A stretch of 64,000 bases of DNA, from assembly GCA_051362555.1 (NCBI GenBank), contig CM120646.1, positions 21,762,001-21,826,000 on the forward strand, in the 5' to 3' direction. The notes below the pieces were generated by a model. That model saw only the letters and a program-made list of their open reading frames with translations. It was not told where the DNA came from and did not search any database. A program made the translations under genes and the position numbers. The DNA comes from Lingula anatina (taxonomy: Eukaryota; Animalia; Brachiopoda). Below, one piece after another: positions 39,097 to 50,051 of this stretch (its first letter is position 1; every line of letters begins with the position of its first letter).

Positions 39097-39395
39097 GTAA
39101 GATGCATTTTGTACATCTATGAATTTTTAAACTAAATATAAGATTCTTACTAGATACTTACTAATCAATAAATAACTTTTTAATCGACATGTGTTTTAAC
39201 AGTTAAAATTCAATTAACTACTGTAGTCTAGTACTGACAGCCAGTACATTGCATTAACTTTGGTTACAATTTTGGGCACTTTTGCGTTATAAGTTTAGGT
39301 CATCATATATATTTAAAGGGTCATTACAAAGAGACTGGACTGCCCTGTTACTTTTAACCTTGGTCTCATTGATGTGTTTGTGATTGTTTTTTCAG

Positions 39396-39734
39396 GTGCC
39401 TTTTCAATCGTAACGGTGACAACCGATCCACAAGTGAATGTGAGCAGAGTTGGAGAACAGGTAACATTGAGTTGCCGATATAAATTTGACAATTCTACAG
39501 ATCCTGCTGCCATTAAATGGTATAAGGTGGATGTTGTAGATCCAATATATAGTAAAATTTCTACATTGCCAACCGGTACATATGGACCTGGTTACAATAA
39601 CAAACTGTTATCAAATGGATCCTCTATAACTTTTGTTTTCACAAATGCAACTGATGCTGGAACTTATAACTGCTCAGTAGAAAATTATAACACTGGAGAA
39701 AAGAACACATCACAGGTGTACATGATGATACAAG
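39396..39734 (+). CDS. Ig-superfamily protein exon 2: V-set Ig domain
   Basis: Acceptor TTTTTTCAG, donor CAAG|GTACTG, 339 nt phase 1-1; motifs GEQVTLSC, IKWYK, DAGTYNC; several N-glycosylation sequons. Confidence 0.92.
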
Positions 39735-39983
39735 GTACTGATATATTTTCATTACTTACACCGGTGCATTGATGATATCTTTGTGCACAGACACAATAGC
39801 TTCAACTTACACATTAAAAATTAATTAATAAAAATAAAGATACGAACTATAACGAGCATGCATGATTCTACAGTTTAATGGGGCAAGTTGATCTAGCTGT
39901 ATTGCATAATTGTATAACACATTTTGACCCATAATGATGATTTTTCTTGATTATTGTTTACTTTACTGATATATTTTCTTCAG

Positions 39984-40292
39984 TTGATCCTGACAGTATA
40001 TATGTTCAGAGGAAAGATTCAGGGGATTTGGAAAAAGATGATACCCTTAAACTATTTGTTTCATCCACACATGCAAGACCACTTGTTAAGCATTCCTGTG
40101 AAATAGCTGGGGAACAATTAAGTGGAAGTCAACCATCATATAACCTGAGCAATCCAGTGTATGATCCACTCTATGGATCTACAGATACACAGTTTGATAT
40201 AAAAGTGAAAACCGGGTACGATGGAGAGCAAGTCAAATGCTGTGTAACTGGCTCAAGAATCTGCAGCAACTTTACTTTCCCAAATATAAAAA
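39984..40292 (+). CDS. Ig-superfamily protein exon 3: atypical C2-type Ig domain
   Basis: Acceptor TTTTCTTCAG, donor A|GTAAGT, 309 nt phase 1-1; HARP and YDGEQVKC resemble CD80/nectin-like C2 strands. Confidence 0.85.
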
Positions 40293-41099
40293 GTAAGTAT
40301 AAAGCTTTGGAAAAAAAAAAGGTTTCTAGTAACTTATTCAAGTTGTTTTTTAGAACTTAAATTTTTAAAATAATACAATTGTGGATTTTAAAGGATTTAG
40401 AATGTGTCCATATTAAATGTGTCATGGTTTTGTTTTGTGTGTCAAGAACTACAGGAGTTATGCAAATGGCTTACTTTTATATAGATCCTGGCTGAGGCAA
40501 TATTTATGTACAGACACAGAAGTGCCTGTACATATTACTGTCACCTTTACCTGCAGCTGGTGCCACAGTGATGCACATTTCTTGTTCAGATATAAACTCC
40601 AGAACATCCCAAGGAGGATAGCACATGCTTGTTCAGGGTGAGACTTACTTGTAGTATCCGCGTACGCACCTTACTTTTTCATGGAACAGTTCAGTGTCAC
40701 TTACAAGCCAGGGGTCGATATGTTTAGAAAATCATACTTTCCCTGCCGGGAAAGTGATTTTGTACATGAGTGGCTTTCCCTGACAACAAAATCATGAAAA
40801 CTGATTTCCCTGATATTAAATTAGTTTATTTTAAAGGAAAAATAACTCTTCGTATGAGATCTATATTTCACAATAAAAACATTGTGAAAAACTCATTGAA
40901 ATATAATATATTCTGTTGTACCACAAAAACGGCAGCTATAGCTGTTATTCTGATATCTGAGCTTGTCTTTAGACCACGTGACCTCCATTGATGGCTATAC
41001 TCTGTTAAAACCTCTTAAAGGGATAATAACTCTTCATTTTGGCCAAAAATGAATTTTCCTGGAGTAAACAACAATTTTCCCATACTAACCAATGGTTAA

Positions 41100-44000
41100 A
41101 GGGGGTCTTTCCGATATGAGGGAAAATAAAACATATCCCAAACTTTTTCTTATATATGAAGGTCACGATCTAAACCAAAATTCGCCTTTGAGGTAGACGG
41201 CAATCAAAATAATTAATTATTTCACATTCGAGTCTGTATTGGAGAACGTCCTCTCCCCAAAAAAGAGAAGACGACTACCGCAAGGTTTTAGCCAATCAGA
41301 GTGCGTTGCCTAAAATAGCACTCGTACACTAGGAGAAACAAATATGGCGCGGTGGAGTTCGAAGTAAGTCGTTTACAGATGCACGTTAGTTAAAACTCTC
41401 TCCCTTCATTGTTCGTGAACAGGTTTGTGCACTTAAACATTTAAAGAATTCATTTAACTTCTCGTCGGTTAAAATAGTCCAAAAATCAACGAATGGCTTG
41501 GAAATATTTACGACGGAGTGTAGCCTATTATGTCAACAGTGCTTGATGCCGTAATTCTCAATGCCGATTCACCGAATGAGTAACTTGTACCAGGAAATAT
41601 ACCGGTGACATGATTAGAGACAGTGATATTTTTCGGGTCAACTGAACCAGCCCTTTTCGGTTGGATATTTACTGTTATTTATTTATTTTTTTTTTGTTGT
41701 TGTTTGCTATGCTTTCTGAGCCGCAATTTCGACATCGCGATTTGCACGCACAGCGTAGCACGGACTGCAAATGCGTTCCAGACGATTTTGATACTTACTG
41801 GCAGTAGTGGTGAGCATCGTGCAGATGTCAAAATCGTCAATAGGAGTGCCTGAATTTTGTGCTACGCACACACGTATCTTATCTTGCTTTTCTAGTCGAT
41901 CTGTTTTTATACTTTTCAGATCGAGAGTAGGCCTATTGTTGATGAGGCAAGCAGTCAGAGCAGTCCAGAACTAGAGGGTAAAGAGCTCCCTGAGGTAAAG
42001 AGTTTTCTGTTTTTTTTAAATAATACAGGCCTTTTAGTTAATCTGGCATATTCCTTAGTTTTGATAGTAATGTGTAGGACCCATCTTACCCTCACCTATA
42101 TTCACATGTAATAATCCACACATACAAAAAACTTATAGTTTAGGGATAACAATTGATACCCTTGAGTGCAGGACAATGATTAATTGAAGTGAAACCCATT
42201 TTGAACAGTTCACAACATTATTACTAGCATGCAATTAAATCAGTGCCAATTATTATTATTATTAGTTTTATTATTATTTTACAGCATACTATCTTGTGAT
42301 GTCAGCCTCATTAGAAAAAAAAGCCCTGTATAAAGGTTTAGTAGAGTTGGCAGTGATACATAGCACTTCTAGGTCCAGTAGTACAAGGCTTGGAAGAGGT
42401 GCGAGATCAGGAGGATTGACTCAAGAACATGAAAGGAGAATTCAGTAACTCACAGAAGAGGTATAAAACTCATTAAATCTTTATTGAAAAGATAAATTCT
42501 AAGTTTCCCACAATACACAAACACCATTCATATTCCTTCTTATTTTCAAAGTAAATTTATTCGATAAAATTTGGTGGTGTGAAATCCAGTCCTTATGGTT
42601 GTTTTAGTGTTCATACATTTTCAAATATTTTATTTTTGAAGTAAGCTATTGTACATATCAAAACAGAAATGACAGATATAAAAGTGAATATATTTTTTTC
42701 ATTATCAGAGCATACATGATGGTGTTGCCAAGAAAATGATGGTGTTGCCAAGGAAAGTGCTGAATACATTGTGACAAGTGTGATGGAAATCCTGGCCTTG
42801 CACTGGATATAAAGATGCTTTTGCTAGAGAATTTACCAAGCAATGACTCAGCATCAGTGGAGATGGGACTGGCCCATCTCCCACTCACTGTAATGTCCCC
42901 TACATTTTGACTGCCGTTGAATTTGCTGGATTACTTCACTTTGAAGAAAATCACAGAATAACTATTACCACGAGTATCAGTTTACTGACCAAACATTCAT
43001 AAGACCTGTAATATGCAAGTCACTGAGTAGAAGGATTCTTTTCATTCTACTGTAATTTGTGCAACCATTCAGTGAACATAAAAAATAAAGGCAAAGAAAA
43101 ACAAGGTGCTTTCATTTATCCCTTTCTCATATCAAAAGTAAAATGCAACTCTGTACACAATCTGTTCATAAAATCAATTATTTTAAAAGTTAATGTCATA
43201 CAAGGAAATAATGTATGTCTGGATGGATTTATAAAAGAAAAGTTTATGTGAGGTAATCATCATTTTGATAAAAAAATTCTTATACATATAAGGACCACGG
43301 TGCCTTGAGTCTCTTGGTTCCATCTGCACCATGGCTGCTTAGAAATGTGTACTTGTAATTCCCATGTCAAATTCCTGGTTTGTAAGACTGGAATGTACCT
43401 TTATTTGTGCTAATTGTTTATGTAACAGCTTGAGGTCTTACTGTCATCCATGATTTTGAGTGCTTGCTTTGCTGCTTAGTATACCTAAAAACAAAACATT
43501 GACTATTGGAAAGACTTCAATGCATTTTTTTGTGAAATTAATAGCACCCACTATCTGTAATGTCTACGCCAGACATAAGAGCACTGAATAGAGCATGGTT
43601 ATCAAAATCATTTGTTTCAAAATCCAATTTATTATATAATGTTCCCCACAATAAGAAATGATATCCTGTGCTTGTCACAATTCTAGGACTAGCTGCCATG
43701 GCAGTGTTAAACTTTATAATAAAATGGCATTGTTCCAAGTACTAACATGCATTAGATTGATATTGATGGCAAGGTGTACTGAACATGGTAAAATAAACAG
43801 CTATTGTGTGTTTGGATTCTGGGTGTCAGGTACTTACTTTGGCTCTGGCTCTATGTTGGCCTTGAACCTGATGTAGGGGTAGATGTTACCACATGCATAT
43901 TACCTGGATAAAAAAATATATATACCAGTGTATTATCCTCATTCTCCAGAGATTCCCCATGAAGTCAACTTTAAAAACGTAAACAGAGAATAAACATTTA

Positions 44001-44960
44001 CTACCATCAGATGCTGCAATTAATGTGCTCGCTTTAAATCTTTTAATTTAAATTAAATTCGAATAAGGTAAATAGTGAAAGGTTGGTTTTTTCTCTCTCT
44101 TTTTTTTTTTTTTTTTTTTTTTTTGACTTGAGTATATAACGACGTTAAGTAAGCCGACAAAAACCAGTCTTTAATAGAAGACTATTTAGCTCAATCCTTG
44201 TTTGTACTGACTGCTCTAAAGAATAATAAACTTTTCTGCGTACAGCAGGGATAACAGGGGCGGATCCAGAGATATAGGTCTATTCTGACAGTCTTCCGAG
44301 TAATGTTGATCCATCCTCCATTTTTGACCGCCTTTCGACAGAAATATTACATATACCCGCCAATGAAAACTTGAAAATCTAACCGTCTTCCGGAAGAACC
44401 AGAAGACGCCCTAAATCCGCCTCCTGAATATGTTCTCAATGAAAGAGTCGGACGTGATAAGAGATCGAAATAACCTACCCGTATCCGGCATAATTTTGTC
44501 AGTTTCTCGCTTGTCAGTTTTATTTCCTACTTCTGCTTTGTCTACCTCACCGGCCTGCCAATGAAAATAACATCCTCTGCTTCTGCATTTCCCGTTTTAT
44601 TTCCTTTTTCATTGTCCCGTAGAGTTATTCTACTCTCTTTCAACTCACGTGTACTCGGACTACCCTCCATCTTGGTTTGCAGTGACATCCGGGTCTTCTC
44701 CAGAGCGTAGTAAACAGTAGTATTCAGTCATATGCAAATTGAGGCAAGTCCCAGAATTCCATGCGTAGGGGAGTAATGGCGAGAAGTTTAGACGAAAAAA
44801 AAAATGCTGCGCTTTTTTTTCTTTAAGTGATCTTAAAAACCTATACCTCGACCTTTATTTTCTCAACGGTTTCGTGTGAGACATGCTTTGGGGTTCAGGA
44901 TCAAATAGGCAAAGTTTCAGAGAAAGGCCTATTTAAGCGTCTACAGCGGAAAGACATCCT
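41100..44960. mobile_element. Kolobok-type DNA transposon (3.86 kb, coding sequence decayed)
   Basis: TTAA|AGGGGGTCTTTCCG ... CGGAAAGACATCCT|TTAA; 14-bp TIR with 2 mismatches and purine start; empty site GATGGTTAATGAATCC at ~59913-59928. Confidence 0.8.
44255..44426. mobile_element. Short CAGGGG-ended MITE; homologous copies lie inside HINE-1 (e.g. ~20135-20303, ~20530-20696)
   Basis: CAGGGGCGGATCCAG ... CTAAATCCGCCTCCTG; shared core ATGTTGATCCATCCTCCATTTT and TCTTCCGGAAGA. Confidence 0.65.
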
Positions 44961-45788
44961 TTAATGAATCCATTTTTACATTCAAAGTTAGTCCCTGTTT
45001 TTTTCTAAAAAGTTTGGTTTTTTGTTAAAATCTTTTAAGAGATTATAACAGAGTATAGCCATCAGTGGAGGTCACATGATCTAAAGAGAATAGTTACACA
45101 ATCGACGAAAATAGTGACAGCATTGGTTTTAATACACCGTAGATGAGAAATGTTTGACAATTGAATTGACGAAAGTAGATGTTGAATTTATGACAGGATC
45201 GTTTAAACTTGAAACTGAATCGATGGGAAGGCAGTGAATCGACGAAACATAACTGAATCGACGACATGAATTTTTGCCCTTTTGGCCGCCCATAAAGTAA
45301 GATATGACATAGATTTGCCGAGCTCGCAATAGCTTTCCCTCGGGGAAAACGGGAAAGCAACATTTCGACCCCTGCAAGCTAACTAGTAAGTAGGCCAGGA
45401 CTTATTTTTATAAATGCACTGTTATTGGACACCTCTTTATTATATAAACATGAACGGTGGGCTATTTTCAAAAAATTGTTGGCTAAATTGTATATTAGTC
45501 AATTTTACCAACATGTCCAAATTTATAGAAATTTCAAGTCCAGACATTGCATCAGAAATAAAAATTCTCTTAATTCCTATCACCTTTCAAATACTGTCTC
45601 TAAAAAAAAATGAAAATAAGTTTAAAATGTATGATGCTATTTATTTGCACTGTAGTAATGTCATCACAAATGTAATGTGCATGTTGCTACTGAAATCCAG
45701 AGAAGAGCAGCATGGAATGATCATATTGTCAATTATAAACTGTGTAAAAAACAAGTGACAAAGTAGAAAACATTGCCTATGTTCCTGT

Positions 45789-46896
45789 TGTCAGCGACAG
45801 TTACTCAACTTCCCTACTTAATGAACTCTGCCAATAGCGAACGCATTCAACACCGTAACTGAGCAGTTTTTGCGTCCAGCTGCTATATAAGCTGGACCTT
45901 TTCTACAGCGGTATGCAGTACGGCATCAACACACTCCGACGACCACAGCTTGTAGCAACGACCGGCGGCTCGACAGCAGCGGTTCTCTCCAGCACCTCGC
46001 ACCGGCCTACGACTTCGCGGTCACCCCGGCGGCTCGACAGCAGCGGTTCTCTCCAGCGCCTCGCACCGGCCTACGACTCCGCGGTCACCCCGGCGGCTCG
46101 ACAGCAGCGGTTCTCTCCAGCGCCTCGCACCGGCCAACGACTCCGCGGTCACCCCGGAGGCTCGACAGCAGCGGTTCTCTCCAGCGCCTCGCACCGGCCA
46201 ACGACTCCGCGGTCACCCCGGCGGCTCGACAGCAGCGGTTCTCTCCAGCGCCTCGCACCGGCCTATGACTCCGCGGTCACCCCAGCGGCTGGACAGCAGA
46301 GGTTCTCTCCAGCGCCTCGCACCGGCCTACGACTCCACGGTCACCCCAGCGGCTCGACAGCAGCGGTTCTCTCCAGCACCTCGCACCGGCCTACGACTCC
46401 GTGGTCACCCCGGCGGCTCGACAGCAGCGGTTCTCTCCAGCGCCTCGCACCGGCCTACGACTCCGCGGTCACCCCGGCAGCTCGACAGCAGCGGTTCTCT
46501 CCAGCACCTCGCACCGGCCTACGACTCCGCGGTCATCCCGGCGGCTCGACAGCAGCGGTTCTCTCCAGCACCTCGCACCAGCCCACGACTCCGCGGTCAC
46601 CCCGGCGGCTCGACAGCGGTCTACTCCTGCGCCACTCATCTGCCCAAGACTCGACGGTCACCCCGGCGGCTCGATATCGGTCTACTCGACTCCTGCGCCA
46701 CTCATCTGCCCACGACCCAGCAGTCATCCCGGCGGCTTACGACAGTGGTATCTCTCGATAGCAGTCCAACCGACAGCGATCCATTTCGATTTGATTTAAT
46801 TTTATTTTCATTCAATTTTTGTAACCATTTATTCGCTATTAAATTATTTATTTATTTATTTTCTTCGTTGCTTCTATCATCGTCTCGTCTGCAACA
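45789..46896 (+). repeat. 5' LTR (1108 bp, 10 x 64-bp GC-rich units from ~45969)
   Basis: CTCGAC recurs every 64 bp from 45969 to 46609; TATATAA at 45884; ATTAAA at ~46838. Confidence 0.96.
45884..45890 (+). promoter_or_regulatory. LTR TATA box
   Basis: TATATAA conserved in all three family B LTRs. Confidence 0.7.
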
Positions 46897-46897
46897 T

Positions 46898-46917
46898 TGG
46901 TCTCGCGAGCCGGATTT
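46898..46917 (+). promoter_or_regulatory. Primer binding site, tRNA-Tyr-like
   Basis: TGGTCTCGCGAGCCGGATTT one base after the LTR; resembles TGGTCCTTCGAGCCGG of tRNA-Tyr-primed BEL elements. Confidence 0.7.
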
Positions 46918-46930
46918 CAACACCTACGGC

Positions 46931-49900
46931 ATGGATGAACGGAGATTGAAAGCCGCAAGAACCGGACGCCTGACTGCCTTCACTAAACGTGTGCTGAAAG
47001 CAAGACAGCTCATCCACGATGAATCCACTAGAAAACATCGGTTGTCGGAGATGAAAGACGAAATAATTACTCTAAAAAAGGAATGCGAAACTGCTAACTT
47101 GAAATACATCGACATTCTGGAAGATGAAACGGCCATCACAGACGCCCAGATCTGGTTTGCTGACGTTGAAGAAACCTGCGCAGATTGTTTGGGAGAAATC
47201 TCCGAGGTTATACAAGTGACCAAGGAACAGCCGCAGCCAATTCAACAGCCTCAATCCCAAGAGCCTCAAGTCCATGATGTTCCCGTCGCACCTACCCCAG
47301 CACCAATAGACGCATGGATTGATGAACTTGTTCCATATAGTGAGACTGTTTTAGCCACACCCAATGATTCAGACAAGTCCTATGAAGAATTACTTCTGAA
47401 GTGCATGTTCGAGAAGGATGCTCCGCGAGCCTCCATATCGCCATTCAACGGGTCTGCACTAGACTGGCCAAGGTTTGCTGAACTATTTTACGAAGAAGTG
47501 CACAAGCAACCCTATTTTAAGGATACCCGGCGCATGTGGTTACTACAGAGCAGTGTAACTGGTCAAGCAAAACAACATATCGCGGGATATGGAATCGATG
47601 GTGCAGCATATGCCATAGCCTTGAAAGCTCTAAAACACAGATTCGGACATAGATCGCTGGTGGCCCGAGCATTTTTGGAACGAGTGACAGATGGCCCAAC
47701 AATCAAGGACCGGGACCGGGTACAACTTGAATCGTTTTATGTCAACATCCGAGACTGTATTTTTGTTCTAAAGCGGATGAATTATCAAGCAGACGTCATG
47801 AATTTGGACACGGTACGACGTTGTACACTTCGCCTCCCACTACGTATGAGAGAACGTTGGGCTGAGTGCTGCCGTATTCTGCGAGCAACCCACGAACCAA
47901 CTCTAGAAGATTTGGAAGGCTGGTTATCAGACAGAATAACTTCACTATTTGACCCACTCCTCGCAGAAGATGTTTATGAGACAGTTCAACCCAGAAGTCG
48001 TAAAGCGTCCTCCTTTCACACTACTCAGCCTGTTCCTGAGAAGAAAAAATCTGTTGACCATCCATTCTCCAAGACGCCATCTTCGAGACCCTCTTCGCAG
48101 TCCACCTGTGTTGTTTGTGGATATCTCCATGCACTTTACAAGTGTGAACTTTATCTAGCAATGACAACAAAGAAACGGTTTGAATGCGTCAATTCCCATC
48201 GACTTTGCAGGAATTGTCTACGGCCAGGACACATTGCATCTGATTGTACCTCCCCTGGGCGCTGCAGAGCTGATAATTGCAACAAGAGACATCACACAAC
48301 TCTCCATGACGTCCCACAGGAAGTTTACCACCCTCGGTCCACGTGTGTATCTTCCAGTGCAGTGCAGGCAGAAGTACAGGCCCCGTCAGCAACTGAAAAA
48401 GCTCAACCCAAGAGATCCTTTGCTACGCAAAATCCTAATTCTGAGGTTTATCTGCAAGTTGTTCCTGTGATCGTGACGTCACCTACCGGTGAGAAGATCA
48501 ACACTAGTGCCTTACTAGACTGTGGAAGTCAACTAACTATGATACGCCGTGATTTAGCCAGTCAGCTCAATTTGTCTGGTCCAATGGAGATCCTACAGAT
48601 GGGAACAGTAACTCGAGATGAAGATTGCCAGCGAGCACAGCTAGTCAGTTTCACCATTTCCTCAGCCATTGAAGACGATGATGCCTCTTTCCCAGTCCAG
48701 CAGGCATGGGCGGTAGACAAGCTGAACATACCCCCGCAACGCTCCGTCAAGATCAACAATTTGCCACACCTCCGAGATCTGAAAGATGTTTTACCAGACT
48801 GCCCTGATATTGGCTTGTTAATCGGTGGTGATGTACCTGACATCATGGTCCAGACAGACATCAGACGTGGTCCTCCGGGAACTCCCATAGCTATAAAGAC
48901 TGGTCTTGGTTGGTCACTTCTTGGAAGATTGGCAGACCCGACTACGAAACAGCACCGTCTTCACGTCCTCCACGCTAGTTTCAAGTCCATTGACAGAGGG
49001 GATGCTGATCAACTTGAGAAATTTTTCACGACAGAATCATTTGGTTGCAAGTTTGAAGGCAATGCAGCAACTTCCGTAGATGACAGACATGCCCAGAGCC
49101 AGCTTGACCAGAAAACCAGCTATAAATCTGGACGATACTCGGTTCCAATGCTGTGGAAAAACGAAGATACAGTTTTACCCTCAAACTACGTAATGGCTCT
49201 CAAGCGTTGCCAGTTCCTGTGCCGCAAGTTGAGAACCAATCCAGAGCGATTCCGCAGCTACTCTGAAATCATCAACACATGGCTGGAGAAAGGTTATGCC
49301 AGAAAGATGACAGACAGTGAAGTCCATACACAGAGCCCCATCACCTGGTATTTGCCGCATCATGACGTTTACACTTCGAATAAGACCAGAGTCGTTCAAG
49401 ACTGTGCAGCCAGATATGCAGGGACGTCGCTGAACGACAAGTTACTTACAGGTCCAGACCTCCTCAACAGTTTGACAGCAGTTCTACTGAACTTCCGACG
49501 GGGATCCATTGGTTTATCTGCAGACATTGAATCCATGTTTCACAGAGTGCTGTGTTTGAAAACTGACAGATACTGTTTACGTTTCCTGTGGTCTGATGAT
49601 CTACGCATTGAACAGCCTGACACGTATCAGATGTGCGTTCATCCATTTGGTGCCAAGTCGTCTCCCACGTGTGCCAACTATGCTTTGCGCTGTACAGCAA
49701 CTGACAACGCCGACAAGTTTTCTTCCCTAGCAGTTGAAACTACACTGCGGAACTTCTACATGGATGATTTATGTACCAGTCAGCCATCTGTGGACCTCGC
49801 CATATCCTTATCCCATGAATTGGTGGATCTACTGAGCATTAGTGGATTTCGTTTGACGAAGTGGGTATCCAACTCCAGAGATGTATTGTCCTCCCTCCCT

Positions 49901-49993
49901 GCATCAGAAGTTGCTACCAAGAACTTTGACCTCTCTATGGATGCCATGCCTTCCCAGCGGGTACTCGGCTTCATATGGGACACTAATGATTAA
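46931..49993 (+). CDS. Gag-protease-RT polyprotein (1020 aa), uninterrupted
   Basis: First ATG after the PBS; ISPFNGSALDWPRF; CVVC..H..C / CRNC..H..C / C...C..HH..LH; ALLDCGSQ; WYLPHH, DIESMF, HPFGA, NFYMDD. Confidence 0.93.
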   Translation: MDERRLKAARTGRLTAFTKRVLKARQLIHDESTRKHRLSEMKDEIITLKKECETANLKYIDILEDETAITDAQIWFADVEETCADCLGEISEVIQVTKEQPQPIQQPQSQEPQVHDVPVAPTPAPIDAWIDELVPYSETVLATPNDSDKSYEELLLKCMFEKDAPRASISPFNGSALDWPRFAELFYEEVHKQPYFKDTRRMWLLQSSVTGQAKQHIAGYGIDGAAYAIALKALKHRFGHRSLVARAFLERVTDGPTIKDRDRVQLESFYVNIRDCIFVLKRMNYQADVMNLDTVRRCTLRLPLRMRERWAECCRILRATHEPTLEDLEGWLSDRITSLFDPLLAEDVYETVQPRSRKASSFHTTQPVPEKKKSVDHPFSKTPSSRPSSQSTCVVCGYLHALYKCELYLAMTTKKRFECVNSHRLCRNCLRPGHIASDCTSPGRCRADNCNKRHHTTLHDVPQEVYHPRSTCVSSSAVQAEVQAPSATEKAQPKRSFATQNPNSEVYLQVVPVIVTSPTGEKINTSALLDCGSQLTMIRRDLASQLNLSGPMEILQMGTVTRDEDCQRAQLVSFTISSAIEDDDASFPVQQAWAVDKLNIPPQRSVKINNLPHLRDLKDVLPDCPDIGLLIGGDVPDIMVQTDIRRGPPGTPIAIKTGLGWSLLGRLADPTTKQHRLHVLHASFKSIDRGDADQLEKFFTTESFGCKFEGNAATSVDDRHAQSQLDQKTSYKSGRYSVPMLWKNEDTVLPSNYVMALKRCQFLCRKLRTNPERFRSYSEIINTWLEKGYARKMTDSEVHTQSPITWYLPHHDVYTSNKTRVVQDCAARYAGTSLNDKLLTGPDLLNSLTAVLLNFRRGSIGLSADIESMFHRVLCLKTDRYCLRFLWSDDLRIEQPDTYQMCVHPFGAKSSPTCANYALRCTATDNADKFSSLAVETTLRNFYMDDLCTSQPSVDLAISLSHELVDLLSISGFRLTKWVSNSRDVLSSLPASEVATKNFDLSMDAMPSQRVLGFIWDTND

Positions 49994-50051
49994 TTATATA
50001 TTTAATTTTGACACTGTCGCTTCCAGTTAGTCGTGTTACTGCGAGGGGGTA

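Larger units (their letters stand above)
40835..45085. mobile_element. Two partial copies of the 337-bp TTAA MITE: minus copy 40835-41014; plus copy 41019-41095 continuing 44961-45085
   Basis: Both align to the intact copy at 59840-60176; junctions fall at TTAA. Confidence 0.82.
40709..45374. mobile_element. hAT-like (hAT5-type) non-autonomous element with 5-bp TSD, containing nested insertions
   Basis: TIR CAGGGGTCGA(T/A)ATGTT at both ends; CAAGC at 40704-40708 and 45375-45379. Confidence 0.8.

Noticed and set aside
40590-40621. Alternative terminal exon giving a secreted Ig isoform (NINSRTSQGG*)
   Set aside because: A phase-compatible AG exists, but it lies within a TE end and has no other support
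45969-46620. CRISPR-like array in the 64-bp repeats
   Set aside because: Units are contiguous with no unique spacers, lie inside LTRs, and the context is eukaryotic with no cas genes
46265-46930. ORF-track start of the 1242-aa protein at 46265
   Set aside because: That ATG comes from a single C>T variant in one repeat unit; the conventional Gag start is 46931. The open upstream frame is treated only as a hypothesis in findings
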